Positions 8,963 to 19,571 of a stretch of 64,000 nt of DNA are shown piece by piece. The position numbers and the translations under genes were made by a program. Positions within the stretch are counted from its first letter, which is position 1, and every line of letters starts with the position of its first letter. The notes below the pieces were generated by a model, which did no database searches, was not told where the DNA came from, and worked only from the letters and a program-made list of their open reading frames with translations. This DNA comes from an uncultured Bacilli bacterium (lineage in GTDB: Bacteria > Bacillota_I > Bacilli_A > RF39 > UBA660): assembly GCA_934096235.1 (NCBI GenBank), contig CAKOLO010000004.1:3551-67550 (forward strand), read 5' to 3'.

Positions 8963-9004
8963 ACTCCTTATTATTCTAATATAAATTATAACATAATAAG
9001 GAGT
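8963..9004. promoter_or_regulatory. 12-bp perfect inverted repeat (ACTCCTTATTAT ... ATAATAAGGAGT, 18-nt spacer) sequestering the HerA-like SD
   Basis: Seen directly. The minus-strand SD AAGGAGT is the 3' arm. The loop contains TTATAAT. Confidence 0.4.
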
Positions 9005-9017
9005 GTTTATTCAATAA

Positions 9018-10283
9018 TTATTTAATTGTTCTTATGATAGATGTATTATCATAATTAATTAATTTCATTATTCTTGATGCCTCTTTATAGTTTAAATTAA
9101 TTAATTTGTCATACTCATTATAATCTATTTTATTATCCATCATGAGTGATAGACTTAGTAAGTATTCTATGTCTTCTATATTATCAAAATCTAGTATATA
9201 ACTTTTTAAGTATTTCTTTTTCTTACGTTCAAATTCTTCTTCATTTAATTTTAATTTCATTATATCTTCTTTTATATTATCTATAAATTTGTTTCCATCA
9301 TTAGTAAGAGCATTTATTGAAATAATTAGATAATCATCTATTACATTTACTCCATAAGACATACCAATAATTATATTATTATCTTTATATCTTTCGAATA
9401 GTTCTGAAGTAGCTGAGAAGTTATTTGAAAGTATTAAACCTAAATAATCTTTTAAAATATTATCATCTTTTATACCAAAGATATTCTTTTTCATTTTAAT
9501 AGCGTACTTAACTCTAGTGTTTTCCATATCTTTTTTTATTTCTTCGTATGGAATATTAACTGTTTCTTTTTCTCTTTCTTTTATTCTTTTAGGTAATTCT
9601 TTTGGTTTTACTTTTATATTTTTCATGTAATCTTTTATTGTATTCATTACTTCATCTATATTAAAGTTACCTGTCACTATTATGAATGTATTATTTGGTA
9701 CATAGTAATCATTATAAATTTCATTAAGGGATCTTGCTGTTATTTTAGCTATGTCTTCTCTTTCACCTACTACCGTATGTTTTGTATATGATTTATTAAA
9801 TAGATTATCAAATAGTTTAGAATACATTAGGCTATCTATTTGATCTTTGTACATATCTATTTCTTCACCAATAATACCTTTTTCTTCATTTACTGATTTT
9901 TCATTTATATTAGTGTTATAGAATATATCTAGAAGAAGTTTTAAGTTTTCAATTAGGTTTATACTTCCAAAAATATTATAGTTTGTTCCATAGTAACTAG
10001 TCCATGCATTCGCAAGACTACCCAAGTCATTTATTCTTTTTGACATTTCTTTATTTTCTGATAAAGCCATTACTTTATGTTCAAGGAAATGTGCTGATCC
10101 TGGGATAACATCTACTACTCTATTTCCTACTTTATATTTAGTTATTCTAGCACCATATTTAACAGATATAGTTATATAGAAGTTCTTTGTTTTATCTGTT
10201 TTATAAAGATATACTTCTAAACCATTATCAAGTTTTTCTGTATAAACTTTTTCATCTACCTTTTTAAATGTTTTTATTTTCAT
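9018..10283 (-). CDS. M16-family zinc peptidase (catalytic subunit, HFLEH)
   Basis: HxxEH motif HFLEH. YmfH/AlbF-like. Paired with the adjacent M16 gene. Confidence 0.8.
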   Translation of the reverse strand: MKIKTFKKVDEKVYTEKLDNGLEVYLYKTDKTKNFYITISVKYGARITKYKVGNRVVDVIPGSAHFLEHKVMALSENKEMSKRINDLGSLANAWTSYYGTNYNIFGSINLIENLKLLLDIFYNTNINEKSVNEEKGIIGEEIDMYKDQIDSLMYSKLFDNLFNKSYTKHTVVGEREDIAKITARSLNEIYNDYYVPNNTFIIVTGNFNIDEVMNTIKDYMKNIKVKPKELPKRIKEREKETVNIPYEEIKKDMENTRVKYAIKMKKNIFGIKDDNILKDYLGLILSNNFSATSELFERYKDNNIIIGMSYGVNVIDDYLIISINALTNDGNKFIDNIKEDIMKLKLNEEEFERKKKKYLKSYILDFDNIEDIEYLLSLSLMMDNKIDYNEYDKLINLNYKEASRIMKLINYDNTSIIRTIK

Positions 10284-11539
10284 TAGTTATCCCCCTTTAG
10301 TAAGTAAACGGTACTTAGTGAAATCTTATTATTAAGTTTTATTACTTCATCTATGGTTACTTTATTAATGTTTTCTCTTAGTGTTTCTATATCTTCTATA
10401 TTATCAAATTCTCTTTGATAATATTGATTTATTTGAGCTGTTAAATCATCATAATAATTATTTAAATATGTATTAATGGTCTTCTTAGCAGAATCAAATA
10501 ATCTTTCTAATACTTTTTTATCTTTCATAGATTCTACGCATTCTTTTATAAGTTCTACGCTTTTTTCATAGTTTATTTTATTTATTCCAGCATATATAGT
10601 TAATGATGGATTATATTTAGAATAATAAGAACCAATTGAGTAACATAAAGAATGTTCTTCTCTTACCACATTAAATAGTATTGAATCATTCATTGTGCCT
10701 AGTATTGTATTATAAACTCTTAAAACATGATTTAGTTCATGAGTGGTTAAATCTTTTAGTCGATAACCAATGTATAGTTTTGATTGATTAAATTGAAGTG
10801 AATCTATTTTTTCTTTTACTTCATCTTTATAATTATGTTTAATATACATACTTAGTTTTTCATTGTTACTTTTTACATTCTTAAACTTACGTTTTATTAT
10901 ATCTTGTACTTTTGGATCTAACTCTCCATAAACAGCTATATCTATTTTATAGTCTCCATTAAATAATTTAGTGTATTCTTTATATAAATCTTTTTCTGTA
11001 ATACTTTCTAAATCTTTTAGATTAGGGATACTACTGTATGCTGTTTCAGTGCCTTTGTACATCAACTTAGAGTATTCTATTCTTGCATATAAATTAGGTT
11101 TATCTTTAATTGATATTACACTACTTATAGCATCTCTTTTAGTTATGTTAAAGTAACTACTTTCAAATGCATTATCTTTTACATTTGGGTTAAATAGTAT
11201 CTCACATAAGAAATCTATTGAACTTTCTAAGTAACTATTATCTGTGTATTTTGGATTTAAAAAATCAAGTGAAAAAACATATGATTCAGTTTTTCCTGAT
11301 ATTCCAAAAGATGCTGATACTGAAGCACCATAAAGTTCTTCTCCAATAATCGCCATTTTATTTTTGGTGTTATATTTTTTAGAAGTATAGACCATATTTT
11401 TACATAATAAGTTTCCGTATGGTATATCATCTTTATTAAATTTTTTAGTTAGAAAGACTACTATACTCATTGATTTAAATCTATCAGTATTTATTAAATG
11501 TAAGGTGTAATTATCTTCAGTTATTTTTTTATATTCCAT
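10283..11539 (-). CDS. M16-family peptidase partner (no HxxEH, probably non-catalytic)
   Basis: M16 fold-length protein lacking the zinc motif. Shares 1 nt with the downstream gene (stop/start overlap). Confidence 0.7.
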   Translation of the reverse strand: MEYKKITEDNYTLHLINTDRFKSMSIVVFLTKKFNKDDIPYGNLLCKNMVYTSKKYNTKNKMAIIGEELYGASVSASFGISGKTESYVFSLDFLNPKYTDNSYLESSIDFLCEILFNPNVKDNAFESSYFNITKRDAISSVISIKDKPNLYARIEYSKLMYKGTETAYSSIPNLKDLESITEKDLYKEYTKLFNGDYKIDIAVYGELDPKVQDIIKRKFKNVKSNNEKLSMYIKHNYKDEVKEKIDSLQFNQSKLYIGYRLKDLTTHELNHVLRVYNTILGTMNDSILFNVVREEHSLCYSIGSYYSKYNPSLTIYAGINKINYEKSVELIKECVESMKDKKVLERLFDSAKKTINTYLNNYYDDLTAQINQYYQREFDNIEDIETLRENINKVTIDEVIKLNNKISLSTVYLLKGDN

Positions 11540-11613
11540 ATTAGCCTCTTTTCTAGATTTTTATTATATCATAATTATAAAAAGAAGATATACATCTTCT
11601 TTTATATTATTAA

Positions 11614-12324
11614 CTATTCTTGATTTTTTATGATTGATTCTAATGCTAAAAAGATCATTTCATCAAGTTTTTGTTCACGTGCTTTTGGATCTATTTCTTC
11701 ATGTGTAACTAGGTTATCACTTATAGTTAGTATTGCAGTTGCTTTTTTAAGGAACTTTTTAGCATTATAAAGTAATGCATAAGTTTCCATTTCTACTGCT
11801 TTACATCCCATATCAGTAAATTTTTTATAATCCTTATTTTCAGTATAGAATGCTTCAGTAGTATGTACTCTTCCAAGTCTTGCATTTATTCTTTTTAATA
11901 CTGCTGTACTCATTATTTTAGCATTTAAATCTCCTGATGAATTTATTATTTCTATGTCTTCTCTTCCTGCTTCTTCATCGAAGTATGTTTTTGAATAAGA
12001 TGAGTCAGCAACTAGAATATCATAAAGTTTAAAGTCTTCTGTATAACTTCCTGCTGTTCCAATTCTTATTATTTCTTCTACACCATAGTCATTAAATAAT
12101 TCATAACTATATATTCCCATACTACCAATACCCATACCACTTGAGAATATTGTTACAGGAATGCCTTTATATTTTCCAGTAAAAGCAAGTTCTCCTCTTA
12201 GTCTGTTTACACACTTTGGGTTTTCTAAATATTTATTTGCTATATATAATGCTCTATTTGGATCTCCTGGCATTAATACTTTCTTTGCTATTTGGCCTTT
12301 TTCTGCTTCAATGTGTACTGTCAT
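11614..12324 (-). CDS. deoD: Purine nucleoside phosphorylase, DeoD-type (PNP/UDP family)
   Basis: 236 aa. GDPxRA ... SSGMGIGS ... EME motifs. Confidence 0.85.
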   Translation of the reverse strand: MTVHIEAEKGQIAKKVLMPGDPNRALYIANKYLENPKCVNRLRGELAFTGKYKGIPVTIFSSGMGIGSMGIYSYELFNDYGVEEIIRIGTAGSYTEDFKLYDILVADSSYSKTYFDEEAGREDIEIINSSGDLNAKIMSTAVLKRINARLGRVHTTEAFYTENKDYKKFTDMGCKAVEMETYALLYNAKKFLKKATAILTISDNLVTHEEIDPKAREQKLDEMIFLALESIIKNQE

Positions 12325-12332
12325 TTTTCCTC

Positions 12333-12839
12333 CTAATTATATGTTTTATTATAGTTTTCTATTGTTTGTTCAAATAAATCTTCTGTTAAATCATAATCTA
12401 AAAATTGTTTACTACAAACTTGTAATTTTGGATAATTTTTACATTCATTACTTCCATAGAATTTATTATAATATGGTAAGGTTACCGTAGTTGTTCTCTC
12501 ATTCTTTTTCTTTTCATTTAAATCATTGATTATATATGTATGAGATGTACCAGGTTTTACATCTTCAAAGATTACTTTACCTTCACTATTTCCTCTTATT
12601 TTATATTCACTTTCTTCTTCTGTTATTATTACATCTTGTCTTACGTTTGAAAATATAATTGTGTAAGTATCTTTGCTTTTACTATATTTTTTATCCATTG
12701 TTATATTATATATATTGTTTGGATCTTTTGGAGTGTTTGCTTCTTCTTTCTTATTATTTAAATTAAATGCTATAAAAGCGCAAATTATTATAGCTATTGC
12801 TAGAACTACTGCAAGTATTATTTTTTCTTTCTTATTCAT
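12333..12839 (-). CDS. Hypothetical membrane-anchored protein
   Basis: N-terminal TM helix. No recognisable domain. Confidence 0.35.
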   Translation of the reverse strand: MNKKEKIILAVVLAIAIIICAFIAFNLNNKKEEANTPKDPNNIYNITMDKKYSKSKDTYTIIFSNVRQDVIITEEESEYKIRGNSEGKVIFEDVKPGTSHTYIINDLNEKKKNERTTTVTLPYYNKFYGSNECKNYPKLQVCSKQFLDYDLTEDLFEQTIENYNKTYN

Positions 12840-12841
12840 AA

Positions 12842-15082
12842 TTACTCCTTTGGTTCTTCTAATTTTACTAAGACATCTCTTGGTTTTGAACCTTTAGCTG
12901 GACCTACAATTCCTTTTTCTTCAAATTGGTCCATTATACGTGCTGCTCTATTGTAGCCTATACTATATTTTCTTTGTATTAATGATGCACTTATTTGACC
13001 CATACGAATTGCATAATTTAGTATTTCATCATAAAGCACATCTTTTTGTTCTCCGCCACCAGCACTTCCAGGTATGTCTCCTCCACTACTAGTATTTGCT
13101 TCTAAGTTAGTGAATTTATCACTGTATTTTGGTGGATGACATCTTTTCTTAACGAAATCTACTACTCTTGCTATTTCATCATCTGATACAAAACTTCCTT
13201 GTACACGAGTTGGTGTGTTTTCATCCATTGGTTTATAAAGCATATCTCCTTTACCAAGTAATTTTTCTGCTCCTGTCATATCAAGAATTGTACGTGAGTC
13301 TATTGAAGAAGATACTGCAAATGATATACGAGTTGGTATATTTGACTTAACAACACCAGTGATTATATCAGTTGATGGTCTTTGAGTGGCAACTATTAAG
13401 TGAATACCTGCTGCTCTTGCAAGTTGTGTAATTCTCATGATAGATTCTTCAACTTCTTTAGCTGCAACTAACATTAAGTCTGCAAGTTCATCTATAATTA
13501 CTAATATAAATGGCATTTTCTTAAGTCCACAGTCTGGATTCTTTTTAAGTTCTTTTTCTATATATTCATTGTATGTTTGTATGTTTTTAGTTCCACTATT
13601 CTTGAATGTTTCGTATCTATCGTCCATTTCAACTACTATTTTTTGAAGTGCTGCACTTGCTTTTTTAGGGTCTGTTACAACTGGTGTAAGTAAGTGTGGT
13701 ATTCCTTCATAGACATTGAATTCTACTTTCTTTGGATCTACAAGTACCATTTTAACTTCATCTGGTGTAGCTCTCATTATTATTGAAACGATTATGTTAT
13801 TTATACATACAGATTTACCACTACCAGTAGCACCTGCAACTAGCATATGTGGTGTTTTATTTATTTCAACACATTTAACTTTACCCATTATGTCTCTTCC
13901 AAGAGGTGCAGCTAGTTTAGAATCTTTGTATTTTGGATTCTTTTCTAGATCTTCCATTATTTCTCTCATTGATACAGCCATTATTTGTTGATTAGGTATC
14001 TCTACTCCGATTGTATTTTTACCAGGTATCGGTGCTTCAATTCTTACTTCTTTTGCTGCTAAAGCTAGTGCTATTTCTCTTGAAATGCTAAGTACTTTAT
14101 TTACTTTAGTACCTCTATCTAAATCCATTTCATATTGAGTTACTGCTGGACCTACATGAACTTCTATAACTTTAGCATGCATTCCAAAGTCTCCAAATAC
14201 TCTTTCTAATATTTTTGTATTAGATGCTATAAATTCTGTTGAATTGACTTTTCCTTTATTCTTGCTTGGATTTAATAATGCAACTGGAGGTTTAATATAT
14301 ACTTCATTAGATGTATCTTCTTCAGGTTCTGGTATTTTTGATGTATCTATACTTCCAACAGTTGTTTCTTTTTTAGGTTCTAAATCTTCTACACTTGTAA
14401 TGACAACTCTTTTATCAATTGGTTCTTCATCTTGAACAACTTCATTTGTATTAAGTACTTGTTTCTTAGATGGTTTTTCTTCTTCATCTTCTTCACTTTT
14501 ATCAAATAATTTCTTAAATGGTGATATTACTGCTCTAAATATATCAGCGAGTGTTATATCAAATAGCATTATAAGTCCAAATCCTGCGATTATTACTAGT
14601 ACAATAGTTGTTCCTTCTACATCAAATAATGATACAAATGCCCAAGAAGTTGTAGCTCCTATCATACCTCCACCAGTATTTCTAATTTCACTATCAGCAT
14701 TATAAGATGCACTTATATTATCGAATGTTGTTGTGAATATATCTTTTCCTTTTACATTAGTATCCTTTATATAATTAATATGGGAAAATAATAATAAAGA
14801 TAATACTATTGCATAGATACCCACTAATCTTGCACTGAAAAAATCAGGTTTACTTCTTTTAGCAAGTAGATATACTCCATAGCATAGCCCTAATACTAAT
14901 AATACAAAATACCAGGTACCAAAAAGAAATATAGCAAATTTCTTCACTAGATTTCCTACTGCTCCAAATCCTCCAAGACCTGTGATTGATAATAATATTA
15001 ATGCAAGTCCTGTAAGTTCATTTGTATATCTAAATTTCTTTTTTGATTCTGATGATTTTTTCTTTTTAGCCATAAATTCCAC
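12842..15082 (-). CDS. ftsK: DNA translocase FtsK/SpoIIIE
   Basis: N-terminal TM segments, linker, motor domain with Walker A GATGSGKS and C-terminal winged-helix gamma domain. Confidence 0.9.
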   Translation of the reverse strand: MEFMAKKKKSSESKKKFRYTNELTGLALILLSITGLGGFGAVGNLVKKFAIFLFGTWYFVLLVLGLCYGVYLLAKRSKPDFFSARLVGIYAIVLSLLLFSHINYIKDTNVKGKDIFTTTFDNISASYNADSEIRNTGGGMIGATTSWAFVSLFDVEGTTIVLVIIAGFGLIMLFDITLADIFRAVISPFKKLFDKSEEDEEEKPSKKQVLNTNEVVQDEEPIDKRVVITSVEDLEPKKETTVGSIDTSKIPEPEEDTSNEVYIKPPVALLNPSKNKGKVNSTEFIASNTKILERVFGDFGMHAKVIEVHVGPAVTQYEMDLDRGTKVNKVLSISREIALALAAKEVRIEAPIPGKNTIGVEIPNQQIMAVSMREIMEDLEKNPKYKDSKLAAPLGRDIMGKVKCVEINKTPHMLVAGATGSGKSVCINNIIVSIIMRATPDEVKMVLVDPKKVEFNVYEGIPHLLTPVVTDPKKASAALQKIVVEMDDRYETFKNSGTKNIQTYNEYIEKELKKNPDCGLKKMPFILVIIDELADLMLVAAKEVEESIMRITQLARAAGIHLIVATQRPSTDIITGVVKSNIPTRISFAVSSSIDSRTILDMTGAEKLLGKGDMLYKPMDENTPTRVQGSFVSDDEIARVVDFVKKRCHPPKYSDKFTNLEANTSSGGDIPGSAGGGEQKDVLYDEILNYAIRMGQISASLIQRKYSIGYNRAARIMDQFEEKGIVGPAKGSKPRDVLVKLEEPKE

Positions 15083-16813
15083 CTAACTTTCCATTTTACT
15101 TAGAAGTTTTTTATGAATACCAGGTTCTACGATATTAAGTGTATTTAATATTTTTTCTAGAGAATCTTTATAATCCCCCTTATTAAATGCTTTAGTTGAT
15201 GCATTTAGTCCTGCTTCTACTTCTCTATTACTTGATCTATATCTATTTCCATATACTATAGCCATTTCTGCCATAGCTGCTGTTTTAGTTGTGTTTGATG
15301 CTGTTTGATATAGTTTTAATGCTAAATCGCGAGCAGTATCAACTCTTAAATTTAATGTTTTAATTGATATTGGTTTCTTTTCTATTTCTATTTGTATTTC
15401 TTTTATAGCATCATATGCTTCTTTTAATTCTACATAGAATTTATTTGGTATAACTGGAAGATTATAATCTTTAATTTTATATTTAGAGTTATTTATTACA
15501 TTTTTAATCTCATATAATTGGTCTCTAGCTCTTGCTTCATCTTCTTTTAAACTTCCTAAATTCTTTAATGTTGTTTCTAATTTATCTTCTACTTTAGAAA
15601 GAGATACTGCTACCATTTCACACTCATTACTTAGTTTTGAAAATGGCATTACTTTTGATAAAGTTCTATCATTAATAAGTTTAAAACTATCTTTTACTTG
15701 GACAAGTTCTTTATTTATCTCATCAATTACCATTATTTCTTCGTCACTTAAGTCATAAGTGTCTTTTAGGTTATCAATTTCTGCATATAGATTTCTTAGT
15801 ATAGAACTTACTTTTACAATTCTATCATTTATATTAATAATTCCTCTTTCATATTCTTTCTTACTACGTTTTTCATTATCAAAATCACTATAAATGGCTT
15901 CATAATAATCAACTAATGTTTTTAAATCAAATACTGAGTCTTGTAGGTTTAGTACATTTAATCTATCCATTATCTCACTAATTTTCTTATTAGTTTCTTC
16001 TATATTATAATCTATATTTAAGTATTCAATATTATACCCATCTCTAGTCATTCTGGTAGCAATACTTTTAATATCTTTCATTTTTTTTGGAAGAATCATT
16101 GTTGAAATTAATACTATAGTTGGTGCTTCTTCTATAACAATACTAATGTTATGAATCATGTCATCTAATGCTTTTACTATTTTGCCTAGTTCTTCATATT
16201 CATGATTTTGAATTGATACTTCAAATGCACTAAATAGTTTATCTATATTTTCAAATTGTAATTCTATTGGAGAAGATACTTCTTTATAATCATCTTTATT
16301 CTTATTATATTTGAATATAACTTCTCTATAAAGGCTTTTTAACTTAGTAATTGCTTCTCTGTTTCTTTCTTCACTTTCAGTTAAATCTTTTATTTCAGAT
16401 AATAATTTTATTGATTTAGCTTTTACATGAAATATATGTTTTTCAACAGTACCTATTTTTTCATTAGCTCCTTCATAGTCTTTATCAACACATAAATTTT
16501 CAATTTCAACTAATTCATCAGTAAGTTTAGGCATATCTACTTTTTCTATTTTATCTAGTCTTTGTTTCCAATCTTCTACTTCTTCTTCTATTTTCTTGTT
16601 ATTAGTTAATTTACTTGCTTTAGAAAGTTCTGTTATTAAAGCAGAAGACATAATTAGATTTTTTTCAGTTGTAAGTCTATCTACATTTGATAGTATGTCC
16701 TTTTTCCTTTTACTCTTTATAATTATTGTTAATATATATAAAAGAATTATTAATATAATAAAAATCATTGCTATAATAATTGTTGTCTTATTCATACTAT
16801 CCTCCTTATACAT
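15083..16813 (-). CDS. ezrA: Septation ring formation regulator EzrA
   Basis: N-terminal TM helix, long coiled coil, and a C-terminal GNRYRSSN patch matching EzrA's QFGNRFRS region. Confidence 0.7.
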   Translation of the reverse strand: MYKEDSMNKTTIIIAMIFIILIILLYILTIIIKSKRKKDILSNVDRLTTEKNLIMSSALITELSKASKLTNNKKIEEEVEDWKQRLDKIEKVDMPKLTDELVEIENLCVDKDYEGANEKIGTVEKHIFHVKAKSIKLLSEIKDLTESEERNREAITKLKSLYREVIFKYNKNKDDYKEVSSPIELQFENIDKLFSAFEVSIQNHEYEELGKIVKALDDMIHNISIVIEEAPTIVLISTMILPKKMKDIKSIATRMTRDGYNIEYLNIDYNIEETNKKISEIMDRLNVLNLQDSVFDLKTLVDYYEAIYSDFDNEKRSKKEYERGIININDRIVKVSSILRNLYAEIDNLKDTYDLSDEEIMVIDEINKELVQVKDSFKLINDRTLSKVMPFSKLSNECEMVAVSLSKVEDKLETTLKNLGSLKEDEARARDQLYEIKNVINNSKYKIKDYNLPVIPNKFYVELKEAYDAIKEIQIEIEKKPISIKTLNLRVDTARDLALKLYQTASNTTKTAAMAEMAIVYGNRYRSSNREVEAGLNASTKAFNKGDYKDSLEKILNTLNIVEPGIHKKLLSKMES

Positions 16814-16864
16814 TTTAACATATTTATTTAAGTTTTTGTAGTGTTTTTATGTAATAAAAAAATG

Positions 16865-17608
16865 TTAAGAGTTTTTCTTAACATTCATTTTCATTTTTCT
16901 TATAATTTCACTTTTATTTTCTAATTCATCTAACTTTTCAAATGATGTTATTTCATATTTGTTATCTTTTGTTCTTGTCCTTTTGATGTCAAATTCTGCA
17001 TCTTCACTATAATCTCTCATATCATATTTTAAATCATTGGTTGCTACTTCAAATGCTAATGATGGAATATCTTCAAGTGTTTTACCTTCAGTTGGATAAC
17101 ATATTATTTTATTATCTTGTAGGGAAAGAGTGGCTCTTAAATCTCCTATTTTAAATACTCTATGTCCCGGATTTGGTATATTTGGATATCTAAGCATTGA
17201 TTTTCCTTTTTTATATGCGATTATTTCTCTTATTTGTAGTAATAAATAATCTATATTTTTCTTTCTTCTATAATTTTCTATTCTTTCTTCTGCTGTTTGT
17301 GGTCTTTGCATATTATCTTCGCCATAAATAATATCCCATTCTTCTTTTTTTAATTCTTTTATTTTTGATTCTAATTCATCAATTGAACAAATATATAATT
17401 CTTTAAAGTCTGGTATAAGAACACTATTTTTAATATGTTCTTTTATATGTTCTCCTTCAATTTTTATGAATTTTGTTAGACTTTTTACATGACTCATTCC
17501 TTTAGTTATTCCATAATACATATCTAATGGGAATGTTCTATCGTTTTGTAATAGTCTTTCTAAATCGCATCCTTGAATATATACTTCATCATTACTAATA
17601 ATTTTCAT
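16865..17608 (-). CDS. Hypothetical protein
   Basis: 247 aa ORF. No recognisable domain. Confidence 0.35.
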   Translation of the reverse strand: MKIISNDEVYIQGCDLERLLQNDRTFPLDMYYGITKGMSHVKSLTKFIKIEGEHIKEHIKNSVLIPDFKELYICSIDELESKIKELKKEEWDIIYGEDNMQRPQTAEERIENYRRKKNIDYLLLQIREIIAYKKGKSMLRYPNIPNPGHRVFKIGDLRATLSLQDNKIICYPTEGKTLEDIPSLAFEVATNDLKYDMRDYSEDAEFDIKRTRTKDNKYEITSFEKLDELENKSEIIRKMKMNVKKNS

Positions 17609-17772
17609 AATATATATCCTCCTTTGTATAATATATTATATATTAAATTAAAAATATTTCTAGTCTTTTATCAATTTTTATCTTTTGTTTTATAAGAATT
17701 CTTTTACTTATAAATATTTCTTAATATATATTTATTTATATTTTAAAATTTGTATTTTTTTTAGTTTAATAC

Positions 17773-17801
17773 TTGATTATAGGAATTTTATTTGATATAA
17801 T
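17773..17801 (+). promoter_or_regulatory. Sigma-A-type promoter for the tRNA (TTGATT-17-TATAAT)
   Basis: Seen in sequence, about 28 nt upstream of the tRNA 5' end. Confidence 0.45.
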
Positions 17802-17828
17802 GAATTCACTTGTTGAATTAAATGTCAT

Positions 17829-17905
17829 GGCGATGTAGCTCAGTTGGCTAGAGCATCTGGTTCATACCCAGAGGGTCGAGGGTTCGAATCCCCCCGTCGC
17901 TACCA
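17829..17905 (+). tRNA. tRNA-Met (anticodon CAU; elongator-like, Ile2/fMet not strictly excluded), CCA encoded
   Basis: Cloverleaf folds: acceptor GGCGATG/CGTCGCT, anticodon loop TTCATAC, T-loop TTCGAAT. Close to Bacillus elongator tRNA-Met. Confidence 0.85.
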
Positions 17906-17914
17906 TAAGTTATT

Positions 17915-17940
17915 AACTACTCTATTGAGTGGTTTTTTAT
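17915..17940. terminator. Hairpin plus T5 terminator after the tRNA (bidirectional with the convergent gene)
   Basis: AACTACTC/GAGTGGTT stem followed by TTTTT. Confidence 0.45.
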
Positions 17941-17966
17941 TTATAAAAAAGTAAATAATTATTAAA

Positions 17967-18224
17967 CTATTTACTATCTTTTATTAATGAATAATATTCT
18001 TCTTTTAAATCCATTAAATCTTGAACATACATGTTACATTCATATTCTTTTGCATTACAAATAAATTTTCCATTATTAAAGTCATATGATACTGAATAAA
18101 AATTGAATGTTCCATCTTTTAATACATTATTAAAACTTCCTTTTGCAATGTTTGATACTGGAGTATACTCAAAATCATAAAATTGATTAATATATGTATC
18201 TTCGTTATCTACTCTCCATATCAT
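17967..18224 (-). CDS. Hypothetical small protein (85 aa)
   Basis: ORF only. Confidence 0.3.
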   Translation of the reverse strand: MIWRVDNEDTYINQFYDFEYTPVSNIAKGSFNNVLKDGTFNFYSVSYDFNNGKFICNAKEYECNMYVQDLMDLKEEYYSLIKDSK

Positions 18225-18242
18225 ATGTCTAGAGATTTTTGA

Positions 18243-18509
18243 TTAATCTTTTTTAATAATTATATATTCTACTCTATATGGCATCTTGTCTTGATTATAT
18301 TCATCATCTAGTGATCCTGCGGTATACTTTCTATAATCACCATCTTCTGTAATTAAATAATTATTTTTTAAAATATTTTCTCTATTATTATCATGTGATT
18401 TTATACAATAGATTCCAAAAAATATGGTAAATATAACTATTATTATTGTTACAATTGTAAGTGTTTTAATGTTTACACTTACTCCATTATCTTTTTTCTT
18501 CTTTTTCAT
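18243..18509 (-). CDS. Hypothetical small membrane protein (88 aa)
   Basis: Lys-rich N-terminus followed by a TM helix. Confidence 0.3.
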   Translation of the reverse strand: MKKKKKDNGVSVNIKTLTIVTIIIVIFTIFFGIYCIKSHDNNRENILKNNYLITEDGDYRKYTAGSLDDEYNQDKMPYRVEYIIIKKD

Positions 18510-18515
18510 TTTTAA

Positions 18516-19496
18516 TTACTTTTCTTGAATTTTAAATCTTCCATCATTATTTTTGTTGATGTCGCCTTTAAATTCATCTATACTTTTATATCCAATTATT
18601 GTTCCGATGTATCCAAAGCCATATACTCCGTCTTCTCCAGCATGAATTACATTTCCTTCTCTAGATAGTCTACTATATCTAAAAAGTTCATCATTTTCAT
18701 CAAGTATTACAAAATCTTCAAAACTAGTTGCTTTTATTTTTTCATATGTTTTTCCATCGTAATTAGATTTTATTTTTATTTTATATACATCGTATAATAT
18801 GCTTTTATTTTCTCCATCAGTGTATAAATATAATTTGTATGGAGTTAAACTTAAAATTTTAGCGCTTTTTGTTACACTGCCAGTCTCTTTTAATTCTTCA
18901 CTTGAAAGTTTATGTATTTTTGCAATCATTTCTTCAGTTAAATTATTTATGTCAGTTAGATAATTTGATAATCCTTTTACTATATATTTCTTTCTATCAG
19001 TTTCAAAGCGATATTTGGAACTTGATGCATCTACATAGATTTCATCACCTTCTTTTAAGTTTTTAACTGTTGTTGTACTAAAATCTATATCTTTTGATTC
19101 TTCACATTTACCATTGCTTATTATTTTTGCTTCACCTTTACCACTTGTGCCAATGAATTTAATATCTATACATCTAAATGGGTCTGGTAAATACTCCTTA
19201 GTATAATAACTAATAGTTACTGAAATAGTACTAAGTGCTATAATACCACCTAATGTTAGAAAAAACACCTTTCGATTATTTTTCTTTTCTGTTTTTAGTG
19301 CCTCATCTTTTGCTTTTCTAATTCCTTTTTCGCGTGCGTAACTGATTGCTTCTTCTTGTTCTTTTAATTCTTCAATTGTTTTTTCTTTTTCTATTAAGAA
19401 CTTATGCTTGCAGTATTGACATGTTATTTCAGTTTTATCTTCTGAAACTTTCATTATTCCACCACAACTTGGACATTTTAAATCAATTTTTTTCAT
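18516..19496 (-). CDS. Zinc-ribbon / TM / extracytoplasmic-domain protein
   Basis: CPSCGG...CQYCKHKF zinc ribbon, one TM helix. Start taken at the ATG preceded by SD AGAGG. Confidence 0.4.
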   Translation of the reverse strand: MKKIDLKCPSCGGIMKVSEDKTEITCQYCKHKFLIEKEKTIEELKEQEEAISYAREKGIRKAKDEALKTEKKNNRKVFFLTLGGIIALSTISVTISYYTKEYLPDPFRCIDIKFIGTSGKGEAKIISNGKCEESKDIDFSTTTVKNLKEGDEIYVDASSSKYRFETDRKKYIVKGLSNYLTDINNLTEEMIAKIHKLSSEELKETGSVTKSAKILSLTPYKLYLYTDGENKSILYDVYKIKIKSNYDGKTYEKIKATSFEDFVILDENDELFRYSRLSREGNVIHAGEDGVYGFGYIGTIIGYKSIDEFKGDINKNNDGRFKIQEK

Positions 19497-19571
19497 TACT
19501 TCAACCTCTATTCTAATAATAGAATACAATATTTTAATTTTTAATACAACTTAAAAAGATTAAGTTAACGC

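Noticed and set aside
17829-19496. Prophage or genomic island integrated at the tRNA-Met gene.
   Set aside because: There is no integrase, no phage-like genes and no visible direct repeat of the tRNA 3' end.
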